Assembly (NCBI GenBank): GCA_016929065.1
Contig: JAFGJO010000042.1
Coordinates: forward strand, 96,300-160,299
From: Spirochaetales bacterium
GTDB taxonomy: Bacteria; Spirochaetota; Spirochaetia; SZUA-6; RPPD01
Direction of reading: 5' to 3'
DNA length: 64,000 nt
In this document: positions 55,866 to 64,000 of the stretch, piece after piece
Layout of the letters: every line of letters starts with the position of its first letter
Numbering within the stretch: the first letter of the stretch is position 1
Notes under the pieces: model-generated
Database searches by the model: none
Told to the model about the DNA's origin: nothing
The model's input: only the letters and a program-made list of their open reading frames with translations
Made by a program: the position numbers and the translations under genes

Positions 55866-57803
55866 TTAATATGGTAATTCCGGAGTATAACCCAGTATTT
55901 TTTCCGTTGAAGAATAATTTGCCTGGTACTCTTCATCCGTCATCAGCTTCCTGTTCCCGCGTTCTTCGGTAATCGCCCCGGGACCAGTATTTTTATATTC
56001 ACGGTAAAACTGCCTGGCGACAGTGGATTCATCATCCCAGTCAAGCCATCCCACCCTGCTGATCTGATCGTGCAAAACAGAAAACATGAACACAGTTTTG
56101 GCCGGAACGTCTTTTGCCATGGATCCGCCCGTCCATGCCCCTCGTCCCAGATTGATCCGCTGTCCGGTATTTTTTTTATCGACAGTAAAAAGGCAATTGC
56201 GGAATACATACCCGTTATTGAATCCCGCTCCCATCGTATCGCTCGGGGCAGAGGCAGTGATATATCCGCCGGAAGACCGATATAAAGAGTTGATATGGCA
56301 ATTTTCAAACAAAACAGTTGCCCCGCCGCAGATAAAATCAACCTCGCCTTCGATATAACAATTTTCAAAATACATGCGTCCGGAGCGCAGATACAGGGTG
56401 TCCTGCTGTCCCAGAAATACACAGTTTTTCATATACCCGATTGGCAGCCGTTTCCCCGAAAATGCCACAGAGCGTCGTTCTTCATTTCCCCAGGTGGTGT
56501 TCCATTCCGCGCCTTTATTATAGAAGGTAATGTTCTCTGCGGTAAAATACCCCTCTGCCGGGTCTGCTTCTACCAGAATATTGCTTGATATGCCGCCGTA
56601 ATCGGCTTCATACCCGTAGATTATCGTATTGACCGGGCTCTCTCCAATAAATGAGATATCTTTCTTGAAGATATACAGCTTCTCCTGATACATTCCCGGT
56701 TTGATATAAATAATGGAGCCGGGCTGTACTTTTTCAACCGCCGCTTTAATAGTGGTAAACGCGCCGTCTTTTCCGCTTTTATCAACAACTGCCGCCGCAA
56801 TCTCTGCCAGGTTTTTCGGCAGCACAGGTTTTGCCGTTACCTTCTGCGCAGCAGCTTTGCTGTAGGGCAAACTGGAGAGATTGATTTTTCCGTCTTTGAC
56901 AAATGAGGGATCAACATATTTTGGATCCTTGCTTTTTATCTCTGCCGCGGTCATGTTGATCCCGGCAGGTTTTGCTTTCGGCCGCCTGCCCTCCGGAACC
57001 GGATCATCTTTTAATCCCGGGACAGTCACCAGGTCATGTTCAACTGCTTTCCCGATCATGGCAAGACTACTTTGTGACACATCCTTTTCTTTAATAACGA
57101 GTATATATGCATAACGGGCAAAGCCCTTCATCCCGGCATCCGCTTCACCAAACTCTATATAATTGCCGTCGCCTGCAGCCTCAACATATCCTTTTGTCTC
57201 ATGCCGCAGTCTGTTGTCAATATACAATGAGGCTGCCATTGTCTTATTGTCATCTCCAACACTGAACACTATTCTGTACTCATGCCAGGCGTTCGCTATC
57301 TGCAAAGACCCAAGCCGGGTCATACCGCTGCTTCCCTTTATCTGGTTGTACATATTATGCAAAAGTTTTGCCTGGTATGCGCCGCGCTGCCATAACACCC
57401 AGAAAAGCGAGAACGGGGTAAAGTTGTCCGGATCTGATGCACCCCGGGCCTTGAATACTATAGTAATCTGTTTTTCGTTTCCCGCAAGCGGTATGCGAAA
57501 CGTCTCATCTTTGTCATCTACTGTATCAAGTTTCAACACTTTTGTGCCGCTTGCAGTATCGGTTGCCAAAGAAAAATGATCCGATACAGTTTTATTGGTT
57601 TGAAATCCATTCGCCTCCAGATCCATCTTTACATTATCTGGATTTTTTTCTCCGGGAATATAGAGCATATAATCGCCTGCTGCAAGCTCGGCCGGTACAT
57701 CTTTTTTTACCTGCGGGGGCGGAGTTGCCGTGCTGGTACAGCCGCCCGCCAACAAAAAAAGACAAATCAAAATTGCCGGGAACATAACAAATGTTTTTTT
57801 CAT
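55866..57803 (-). CDS. Pectinesterase (CE8 pectin methylesterase) lipoprotein with an N-terminal extra domain
   Basis: Lipobox 'LLAGGC'. CE8 catalytic motifs 'GQQDTLY' and 'GEVDFICGG' on a right-handed beta-helix. Confidence 0.8.
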   Translation of the reverse strand: MKKTFVMFPAILICLFLLAGGCTSTATPPPQVKKDVPAELAAGDYMLYIPGEKNPDNVKMDLEANGFQTNKTVSDHFSLATDTASGTKVLKLDTVDDKDETFRIPLAGNEKQITIVFKARGASDPDNFTPFSLFWVLWQRGAYQAKLLHNMYNQIKGSSGMTRLGSLQIANAWHEYRIVFSVGDDNKTMAASLYIDNRLRHETKGYVEAAGDGNYIEFGEADAGMKGFARYAYILVIKEKDVSQSSLAMIGKAVEHDLVTVPGLKDDPVPEGRRPKAKPAGINMTAAEIKSKDPKYVDPSFVKDGKINLSSLPYSKAAAQKVTAKPVLPKNLAEIAAAVVDKSGKDGAFTTIKAAVEKVQPGSIIYIKPGMYQEKLYIFKKDISFIGESPVNTIIYGYEADYGGISSNILVEADPAEGYFTAENITFYNKGAEWNTTWGNEERRSVAFSGKRLPIGYMKNCVFLGQQDTLYLRSGRMYFENCYIEGEVDFICGGATVLFENCHINSLYRSSGGYITASAPSDTMGAGFNNGYVFRNCLFTVDKKNTGQRINLGRGAWTGGSMAKDVPAKTVFMFSVLHDQISRVGWLDWDDESTVARQFYREYKNTGPGAITEERGNRKLMTDEEYQANYSSTEKILGYTPELPY

Positions 57804-57893
57804 AGCCTCACTCCAATGAACAAAAATATATCTGTCATAGTATACAAGGTTTTAACAAGAGAATATACATTATCTGGTCATGCGTGTTTTCTT

Positions 57894-59270
57894 TTACCTG
57901 CCGGTCTCCACAAACCATTTCGGCGGCTTTATTTTATGCTTTTTATAGAACGCTTCAAGCCGCAGCCTGTTTTTATTCCAGCCATCCTTTTGTTTTGCCT
58001 TTTTCGGCAGCAATCCCAAAAAATGAACCGCGTTTCTGCCCAGAAAATCGTCAATATCAGTATTGCTGAACAAGTTGTTCTCTTTTAGTATTTTGCAATA
58101 ATCTTCTTTGAAATTTTTATAATTCTCCTCTTTGGCGAACACATGCCAGTCCACCCCATATAAAAACCTTTTCTTTACCACATTACCATGGTCTTTTATT
58201 ATCGACGGCCAATCTTCAATAAACTCTTTTTTCAAAGATTTGGTGGTCACCATATGATGTCCGGAATCAATATACAGGTCGCCATATTTTTCGAGCATTT
58301 CGCAAATTTCTTTTACCCATGGTTTCTGCCCTTTCGTTCCTTTTGCATTATACCGCTCCTTTCCGGTCCAGCCGAAATGGGCCAGGTTCAGATGAAGACG
58401 CGGATATTTTTTCAGCACCTTGTCCCAGTATCGCGGAGCACCGAACACATAGCTGGCATTATGAAAGGCCTCGATCCCGCCTGAGACACAGTGAGCAGTA
58501 ATGGGCACCTGCTCTTTTTCACAATACCTGAAAAGCTCATCCAACGCCCCGTCAATTTCCTTTCCGGTGAACTCCATGTACTGCTTCATGTTATTATGCC
58601 TGAATATTTTTTTTCGCCGCTGTTTGTCCACTTCTGTGTTGCCGACAGGCCTGTACCCAAGCGCAGGATACAGTTTGACGCCGATAAAGCCCTGTTCATT
58701 AATCGCCTTTTTAACGAGTTCCAGTGAACTGTACCGTTCGCGGGAACCGTCCGGGGCAAGCATTTTCTTCCGAAATGCCAGCTCGCGTGCAGGACAAAAC
58801 GGAACAAAGGGATGAACCCGGCCGGCCATGGGGACAACCACATCATCGCAGGTCATATCGATCTGATTTTTCACGCATGTATCGTACGTATTTTTAAACC
58901 AGTATTCATAATCCAGAAGCAGCGGCACAAACAAATCCACTTTGTCTTTTGCATAGTCTTTTGCCAGTTCTTTATACACATCAATAATATCGGGAAGCGA
59001 CATAATTTCGCCCCAGCGGCGGTATCCTTTGCCCAAAGCCAGCGTCGCGATCCCGAAGATAATTTTACACCATAAAGACCGCTTGTTGTTTCTGCCCCCA
59101 TACTGGACACACCGGGCAACCGGTGTGAGAAAATGAAAAAATTTGCCAAAAATCCTGACCAGTGGTAAATTCTCATACTTTCTTGAGTACAGATACCCCT
59201 TTAATGGTATATCCCTCCCCCGAAAAATGTGTTCGTGGACATCGATAAGCGGTTTTCCCTTGATCTCCAT
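57894..59270 (-). CDS. Amidohydrolase-2-like TIM-barrel metal-dependent hydrolase (tentative)
   Basis: N-terminal 'LIDVHEHIF' (HxH metal motif), 'GVKLYP', 'ITAHCVSGG', 'LNLAHFGW', 'LYGVDWHV' (terminal Asp). Confidence 0.45.
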   Translation of the reverse strand: MEIKGKPLIDVHEHIFRGRDIPLKGYLYSRKYENLPLVRIFGKFFHFLTPVARCVQYGGRNNKRSLWCKIIFGIATLALGKGYRRWGEIMSLPDIIDVYKELAKDYAKDKVDLFVPLLLDYEYWFKNTYDTCVKNQIDMTCDDVVVPMAGRVHPFVPFCPARELAFRKKMLAPDGSRERYSSLELVKKAINEQGFIGVKLYPALGYRPVGNTEVDKQRRKKIFRHNNMKQYMEFTGKEIDGALDELFRYCEKEQVPITAHCVSGGIEAFHNASYVFGAPRYWDKVLKKYPRLHLNLAHFGWTGKERYNAKGTKGQKPWVKEICEMLEKYGDLYIDSGHHMVTTKSLKKEFIEDWPSIIKDHGNVVKKRFLYGVDWHVFAKEENYKNFKEDYCKILKENNLFSNTDIDDFLGRNAVHFLGLLPKKAKQKDGWNKNRLRLEAFYKKHKIKPPKWFVETGR

Positions 59271-59396
59271 GGCGGGCTCCTTTTCTTACATTAATCTGTA
59301 GATAATTATTTATCAGAATAGAATAGAGAGAAATGAAATACAATTACTTTTTTTTATTTTGAGGATACCTTCGAGGTAAATTCCGGGCAAGGCCGG

Positions 59397-60083
59397 TTAT
59401 TTTGAGTTCAGCCAGATAAAAAAATCCTTGAGTGCTTTGGAGACGAGTTTTTTATACGCTCCTTCAAGATCAACAGGGTCAAGTACTTCCCGACGGGTAC
59501 CTTTCAAGGCACTTGAAATGACTGTGTGATATCGTTTTGAATATTCCCAGACCGATTCATTGCTTTCCTTGTCAATCAGCCGTATACAGAAAACCATGAA
59601 GGGCCCGTCCTCGGTTGGAGTGTTGCTGACTGTGTATCCCCACTGGTCAACCGTAAATGCCAGAATATACTTTGCCGGAATCGATGCCTGAAAATCAGAA
59701 AAATTGTATCCGCTGAAGGCAGAAGTATCCTGTTCAGATTTTGTATACTCTGCGTTTAATCTGACGACAAAGTCAGGATCCACAATAAATAAATCGGTTT
59801 TTTTTGCCTTATCCACAAACTCAGGATTAATCAACATCTGAATTTCTCCTGAGTTGATTTTCCCCAGGAGGGTTACCATATGTTCCCTGTATAATAATTC
59901 CCAAACATCTTTGGAGCCCATGGGAAGCCGGTTATCCAGTACTCCGGTATCGGCGACATCGGTGAACAGGGTCACAGGTACGGGAATTTCCATGGTTTTT
60001 TCCGGGAAGCCAAGGCGCGGTGTGGCGCACCCGAGTGTCAGGAATACAATTATTATTGTAAATAAAAACCGATTACCGTTCAT
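59397..60083 (-). CDS. Hypothetical lipoprotein
   Basis: Lipobox 'FLTLGCATP'. No other motif. Confidence 0.45.
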   Translation of the reverse strand: MNGNRFLFTIIIVFLTLGCATPRLGFPEKTMEIPVPVTLFTDVADTGVLDNRLPMGSKDVWELLYREHMVTLLGKINSGEIQMLINPEFVDKAKKTDLFIVDPDFVVRLNAEYTKSEQDTSAFSGYNFSDFQASIPAKYILAFTVDQWGYTVSNTPTEDGPFMVFCIRLIDKESNESVWEYSKRYHTVISSALKGTRREVLDPVDLEGAYKKLVSKALKDFFIWLNSK

Positions 60084-60183
60084 GAATACTCCCTTACAAA
60101 TAAAAGATCTGCCGAAAACAGTATAACCACCCCTTCCTTGTTATGGCAAGGACTTTGGTTTTCAAAAACAGGAACACATCCCG

Positions 60184-60218
60184 CACAAAAACAAGGCGCG
60201 TTCACTTTAGAACGCGCC
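60184..60218 (-). terminator. Intrinsic terminator after the outer-membrane protein gene
   Basis: Minus-strand RNA GGCGCGUUC-uaaagu-GAACGCGCC followed by UUGUUUUUGUG. Confidence 0.7.
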
Positions 60219-60241
60219 TGACAAGAATCATTCAAATCCAA

Positions 60242-61300
60242 TTAGAAACCAAAATTGATGAGAATCGGCACTGCCCAGTCATAGTCATCTGTGGTTGTGT
60301 TCAGATCGCCGTTCATTGTCAATTTGAAACTGATGCGAAGATCGAAATCATCAATTTTCACATACGGTTCAGCGGTAATAGCCAGCCCGGTGTCGGCTTC
60401 TGAAGAACCGGCAACAGAAGCGTACAACCCGACGGTCACTGCACCAAGGTCATAATACACTTCAGGAGCTGCGTTCCATGTTGTTACTTCTGTGTCAAGA
60501 TTCATGCCGAGTGTTGCTGCAAATGCGATTGAAAGCGCATCCATTTTGTAGCCGGCTGCCAGAACAGAATCGATACCGGTATCCGTAGCGGTTTCAAGCC
60601 CGGTGTATTTTACATCTGCCCAAAGAACGAGGTCCGGTACCATAAGAAGTTCAACTCTGCCGAAAATGTTTCTCACTTCAGCGGTTGGATCATCGCCGGA
60701 GGCAGTAGATCCAAGAGTGAATTTCAACATGTCAGGGACCGTATAGGCTGCTGCCAGGCCGGTCAACGTCATATTGTCCTGAATGGTTTCAGTTGGGGCA
60801 AATCCATTTGTTCTCCAGTTGACTGCAGCTTCAAATCCTGTGTCTGCCGGTGCAAGAACAATCCATACGCCCATACCGCCCATTCTGCCGACATTCCCGT
60901 TGTTGACATCATAGATGGGATGCGGAGAGGTTTTTCTGAACATATCCAAACCGTCACCGGCCCATTTTCCAATATAGGCAGTCAAAAGGCTCGGCATGAG
61001 TTTTAATACGCCGTACATATTAGTGATATCGCCAAACTCATCATCAACTACCAATTGTGCACCATTAAACTGGTATTTGAAATAGAATTCAACAAAATCT
61101 CCCTTGAACCATGCATCAATTCCCTGCCGCGGACCGGGATTTCCCCAACCTGGTCCCCATGACTGGGTGATATCACTGGATGCTTCATCTCCCTGGGCAA
61201 CATTGAAAATTGTGCGGCCCCAAGTGCCGACACCGGCTTCAGCAATAAGTAAGTTGCTTACGGCAACCAACATGATAAAAAGTATAAGACCCTTTTTCAT
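60242..61300 (-). CDS. Outer-membrane beta-barrel (porin-like) protein
   Basis: Signal peptide 'MKKGLILFIMLVAVSNLLIA'. Alternating amphipathic strands throughout. C-terminal '...WAVPILINFGF' ends in an aromatic residue. Confidence 0.55.
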   Translation of the reverse strand: MKKGLILFIMLVAVSNLLIAEAGVGTWGRTIFNVAQGDEASSDITQSWGPGWGNPGPRQGIDAWFKGDFVEFYFKYQFNGAQLVVDDEFGDITNMYGVLKLMPSLLTAYIGKWAGDGLDMFRKTSPHPIYDVNNGNVGRMGGMGVWIVLAPADTGFEAAVNWRTNGFAPTETIQDNMTLTGLAAAYTVPDMLKFTLGSTASGDDPTAEVRNIFGRVELLMVPDLVLWADVKYTGLETATDTGIDSVLAAGYKMDALSIAFAATLGMNLDTEVTTWNAAPEVYYDLGAVTVGLYASVAGSSEADTGLAITAEPYVKIDDFDLRISFKLTMNGDLNTTTDDYDWAVPILINFGF

Positions 61301-61630
61301 TTTGATTCCTCCTTAAAATTTTCGGGACTCATAAAAGTCAACGACTTCATAAAATGTCCCCCCTTTTCAGTTACAGTATTAAATTTAAAAAAAATATTCA
61401 ATAGATTTTCGGAAAAAAGTTGATTTATTCTATCAACTATCCTCTTTTTTGTTTAATTTCATGGAAATTCAGGGGAATGAGGGTGTTTTTTTCATTCATC
61501 CCGACACAAAATATTTTTTTTATGAAATAACAGCACAACGAAAAGAAATATTGTGATTTTTCTATATATAGTTTTCCCGTGTGAGTTTATTCGAAAATTC
61601 CAGAACTATTATTCAATATAACGGAGTCCG

Positions 61631-62797
61631 CTACTTTCCCTCGGGTGATTGAACTGCTTGATCTCCTGCATCATCAATATCCTTCTCATCCGGAGAGTTA
61701 TAATCTATCAGCAGTTCCGGATCGGCAATCCAGGCTGCAAAATACGGGTATGGTGCATCTTTCTGTCGGAGCATTACAATGAAGGGCCGGTCATATATCA
61801 GTGACCGCGCTGTACTGGCGATCCCCTCGGCACCACCCGATCCCCGTGACACCAGCATGGCGCCTTTTTCATCCAGCCGAAAATCAATCGTCTGCTTTGC
61901 CACGGTGATATAGTACCCCTTTAACCGTGGATGAACTGTCGTTATTTGTTTGTAATACAGATCCTTAAATGTATGTCCCAGCTTGAATATTATTTTCGGA
62001 ATAACGATTGTGTCATTGAATGCCAATTCTTCGGCGTCGGCCCGGGATACCCTCTCAAGCGTTTTCTGCACTGTTTCCAACAATGTTTTCCCGGGTAATA
62101 TTTTTGCAAGGATAATTTCATCATTCATCGATTCACTGACCAGCGAAACGATACAATTTCCGGTTTTCTCTTCATAATAGAATATTTTCACCTGATCCCG
62201 TATTTTATCAAACATTCCTTCAGTTCCACTGGAATATCCGAACGCTGAAACCTGCCTGCGCTCTTCCCCAAATTCAAAGTTGATATAAAGCGTGCCGTCA
62301 AAAACATTTTTAAACGGCAAATTCTTCGACATATACGCATAAAAGAGAATACTTCCCGCCGGCCATGGCTCTTCCAGCACCTTCTCTATGTAATCGAATT
62401 TTTGTTTAAGATCTGTTTTCAATTCTTCGATGATCCCTTCGCCGACTACCCCTGCTCCTGCAACATATGAATCACCGGAAAGATATTCTTTTTTAAACAT
62501 TTTTCGGCTGAGCTGTACTGCATATTCCGGGCTGTTTTCAAGGGTAATCGTGTCATGATACACTGTATCCGAAAGCTCGTTCCAGGCCAGCTGGAACGTT
62601 GCACAATAGACAAGATTTTTATTGGGAACTATTTTTGCTTCAAGAACCGGGGTAATAGCGGTGTTTTTTAATGCAGATGAATCTGTCTCATTGACCATTA
62701 TTTTATTGTATGTATATTCAATCTGTCCTTCAGAAAATGCTGATGGAATAAAACATATCAGAACAAAAATACTGAAAATCACTTCTTTCAAAATCAT
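61631..62797 (-). CDS. Serpin (serine protease inhibitor family) with an N-terminal signal peptide
   Basis: The C-terminal 'LIYDRPFIVML' matches the serpin signature [LIVMFY]-{G}-[LIVMFYAC]-[DNQ]-[RKHQS]-[PST]-F-[LIVMFY]-[LIVMFYC]-x-[LIVMFAH] exactly. The upstream 'FRLDEKGAMLVSRGSGGAEGIASTARS' parallels the alpha1-antitrypsin hinge and reactive-centre loop '[22 protein letters not shown]' with the same spacing to the PF motif. 'YFAAWIADP' parallels 'LFMGKVVNP'. Confidence 0.7.
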   Translation of the reverse strand: MILKEVIFSIFVLICFIPSAFSEGQIEYTYNKIMVNETDSSALKNTAITPVLEAKIVPNKNLVYCATFQLAWNELSDTVYHDTITLENSPEYAVQLSRKMFKKEYLSGDSYVAGAGVVGEGIIEELKTDLKQKFDYIEKVLEEPWPAGSILFYAYMSKNLPFKNVFDGTLYINFEFGEERRQVSAFGYSSGTEGMFDKIRDQVKIFYYEEKTGNCIVSLVSESMNDEIILAKILPGKTLLETVQKTLERVSRADAEELAFNDTIVIPKIIFKLGHTFKDLYYKQITTVHPRLKGYYITVAKQTIDFRLDEKGAMLVSRGSGGAEGIASTARSLIYDRPFIVMLRQKDAPYPYFAAWIADPELLIDYNSPDEKDIDDAGDQAVQSPEGK

Positions 62798-62806
62798 TCT
62801 CCTCTT

Positions 62807-63601
62807 TTATTTCACTGTTACTTGAATTCGGGTCTGGACAACATACCCTCCGGCAGGCCAGTCAAAATATACCCTGATCTCATACTCCCCGGGCTTCACT
62901 TTACCGAAGGTATAGGACCCGGATTTTTTTCCTTCGGTATAAAACCACTCACCGTAGGTCTTGTCCGAATCCCCGGATTTTACCAATGTTATCCAGTCCT
63001 GGTCGTTGCCGGGAAAACCGGAATATTCAATGTTAATGTTCTCATCGCTTGAATACACTTTTTTGGCAGTTGTGACGGTAAAGACATCCTTTATCGGCTT
63101 GTCACCATCCTTGGCCGATTGGGTCCCGGCTGCAACATACTCTGCAACAGAAGCAAGAATAATACCGCGTTCACTGCCAATTGCCCGAACAATAAACTCG
63201 GTCCGTTCATCGGTTACCAAAATAGTTCCAATGATCACCGCATCGACGGAAAGCACTTTTCCAATCCTGGCAGCAGTACTTGCATCCACAATGTCCGACA
63301 ATGAAAAACTCTGTTCCTTGATGACCTCATCAATACGCGTCCGCTCGATGACCAAAAAACTCCCCTCATTGACAATTTCATGGGTCAGTTTTTCGGTTGC
63401 GTACCGTCCATAACTGTCGCCGGGCCGGCCAATCACATCAAAGCCGTACACTGCGATTGTCTTATTCGGGAGCCGTTTTTCTACCGCAGCAAGTTTTTCA
63501 GCAATTATTCTAAAAACCGAGTCAAAATCAGGTGCTTCATCAGCAAACAGTACGGAAACTGCAAGAAGAGATACAATCAGTAAAAAAACAGCTTTTTTCA
63601 T
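62807..63601 (-). CDS. Secreted protein with a CsgG/LpoB/TolB-N-like periplasmic scaffold domain and a C-terminal beta-sandwich
   Basis: 'KTIAVYGFDVIGRPGDSYGRYATEKLTHEIVNEGSFLVIERTRIDEVIKEQSFSLSDIVDASTAARIGKVLSVDAVIIGTI' follows the CsgG-like pattern (IAV.F.N.G...L...L...G.F.V.ER..L..V..E..L..SG....aA..GK.LGAD.II.G). Confidence 0.45.
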   Translation of the reverse strand: MKKAVFLLIVSLLAVSVLFADEAPDFDSVFRIIAEKLAAVEKRLPNKTIAVYGFDVIGRPGDSYGRYATEKLTHEIVNEGSFLVIERTRIDEVIKEQSFSLSDIVDASTAARIGKVLSVDAVIIGTILVTDERTEFIVRAIGSERGIILASVAEYVAAGTQSAKDGDKPIKDVFTVTTAKKVYSSDENINIEYSGFPGNDQDWITLVKSGDSDKTYGEWFYTEGKKSGSYTFGKVKPGEYEIRVYFDWPAGGYVVQTRIQVTVK

Positions 63602-63788
63602 AAATACAGCACCTCCATGAATCCTGGAGTAGAAAATACTCCGAAAAACATTATTATTGTAGCAAGTATTCCCTGTTTTTTAAAGGGGAAAGAAAATAAT
63701 GTATTATTATTTTTCTTTACCCCTCATTTACTTTTTTTCTATTACTTGATAATAAATAAAAAAACTTAAAATTTTATATTTTTTCTGC

Positions 63789-63817
63789 TTGACAGAATAA
63801 ATTTTTGGGTATATTAT
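63789..63817 (+). promoter_or_regulatory. Strong sigma70-like promoter (TTGACA, 17 bp spacer, TATTAT) pointing rightwards
   Basis: cTTGACAgaataaatttttgggtaTATTATc. Confidence 0.5.
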
Positions 63818-63823
63818 CAATTT

Positions 63824-63978
63824 AAAGATAGTTGATTTATGCAACCAACTAAATGAAGATATGCTTTTTTTGGATCATAAAACTTCTATTGTTATAAAAA
63901 TAGTATATGAAAAGAGTGTTTCACGGTTTTTCCCGTGTTCCACTCAGCCCGCCCAACGAGCAATGCGGGAGTTTTTTT
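63824..63978 (+). ncRNA. Candidate small RNA or cis-regulatory leader of about 155 nt, between the promoter at 63789 and an intrinsic terminator at 63948-63978
   Basis: Internal hairpin CACGG-uuuuuc-CCGUG at 63922-63937. Terminal hairpin CCCGC-12 nt-GCGGG followed by AGUUUUUUUAU. No convincing ORF with an RBS. The element lies just before the right window edge. Confidence 0.35.
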
Positions 63979-64000
63979 ATCAGAACCGGATATCGGTAAA

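Noticed and set aside
63840-64000. Open frame MLFLDHKTSIVIKIVYEKSVSRFFPCSTQPAQRAMREFFYQNRISV... running off the right edge.
   Set aside because: It has no RBS and reads straight through a strong intrinsic-terminator hairpin. It is more consistent with a non-coding leader or sRNA than a gene.

Overview
This 64 kb window looks like chromosomal DNA from an anaerobic, amino-acid-fermenting, diderm bacterium. It is mostly core nitrogen and amino-acid metabolism: gltB, gltD, gdhA and an archaeal-type NrpR-like regulator; a livKHMGF branched-chain amino-acid transporter; iorAB plus two paaK and an ACT protein for aryl-pyruvate fermentation; a class I DAHP synthase; ilvD, leuCD and ilvBN; pntAB; and cysH. 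Several accessory pieces interrupt it. At the left edge, two tandem, divergent class III nucleotidyl-cyclase-like paralogs sit just upstream of a truncated Dam-type (D12) adenine methyltransferase. Two giant surface proteins (about 1800 and 1900 aa) are each insulated by intrinsic terminators and inserted between livK and livHMGF. A DUF45/YgjP-like metallohydrolase and a vapBC module lie between ilvD and pntAB. An ECF sigma/anti-sigma pair is present. At the right end a cell-envelope cluster holds a beta-barrel outer-membrane protein, a serpin with a perfect serpin signature, and a CsgG/LpoB-like lipoprotein. A short motif AAACGG(C/T)AA, often as dyads, recurs upstream of gdhA, livK and the first giant gene. 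No rRNA, tRNA, CRISPR array, transposase or integrase was recognised. Calls rest on remembered family motifs and were not checked by database search.
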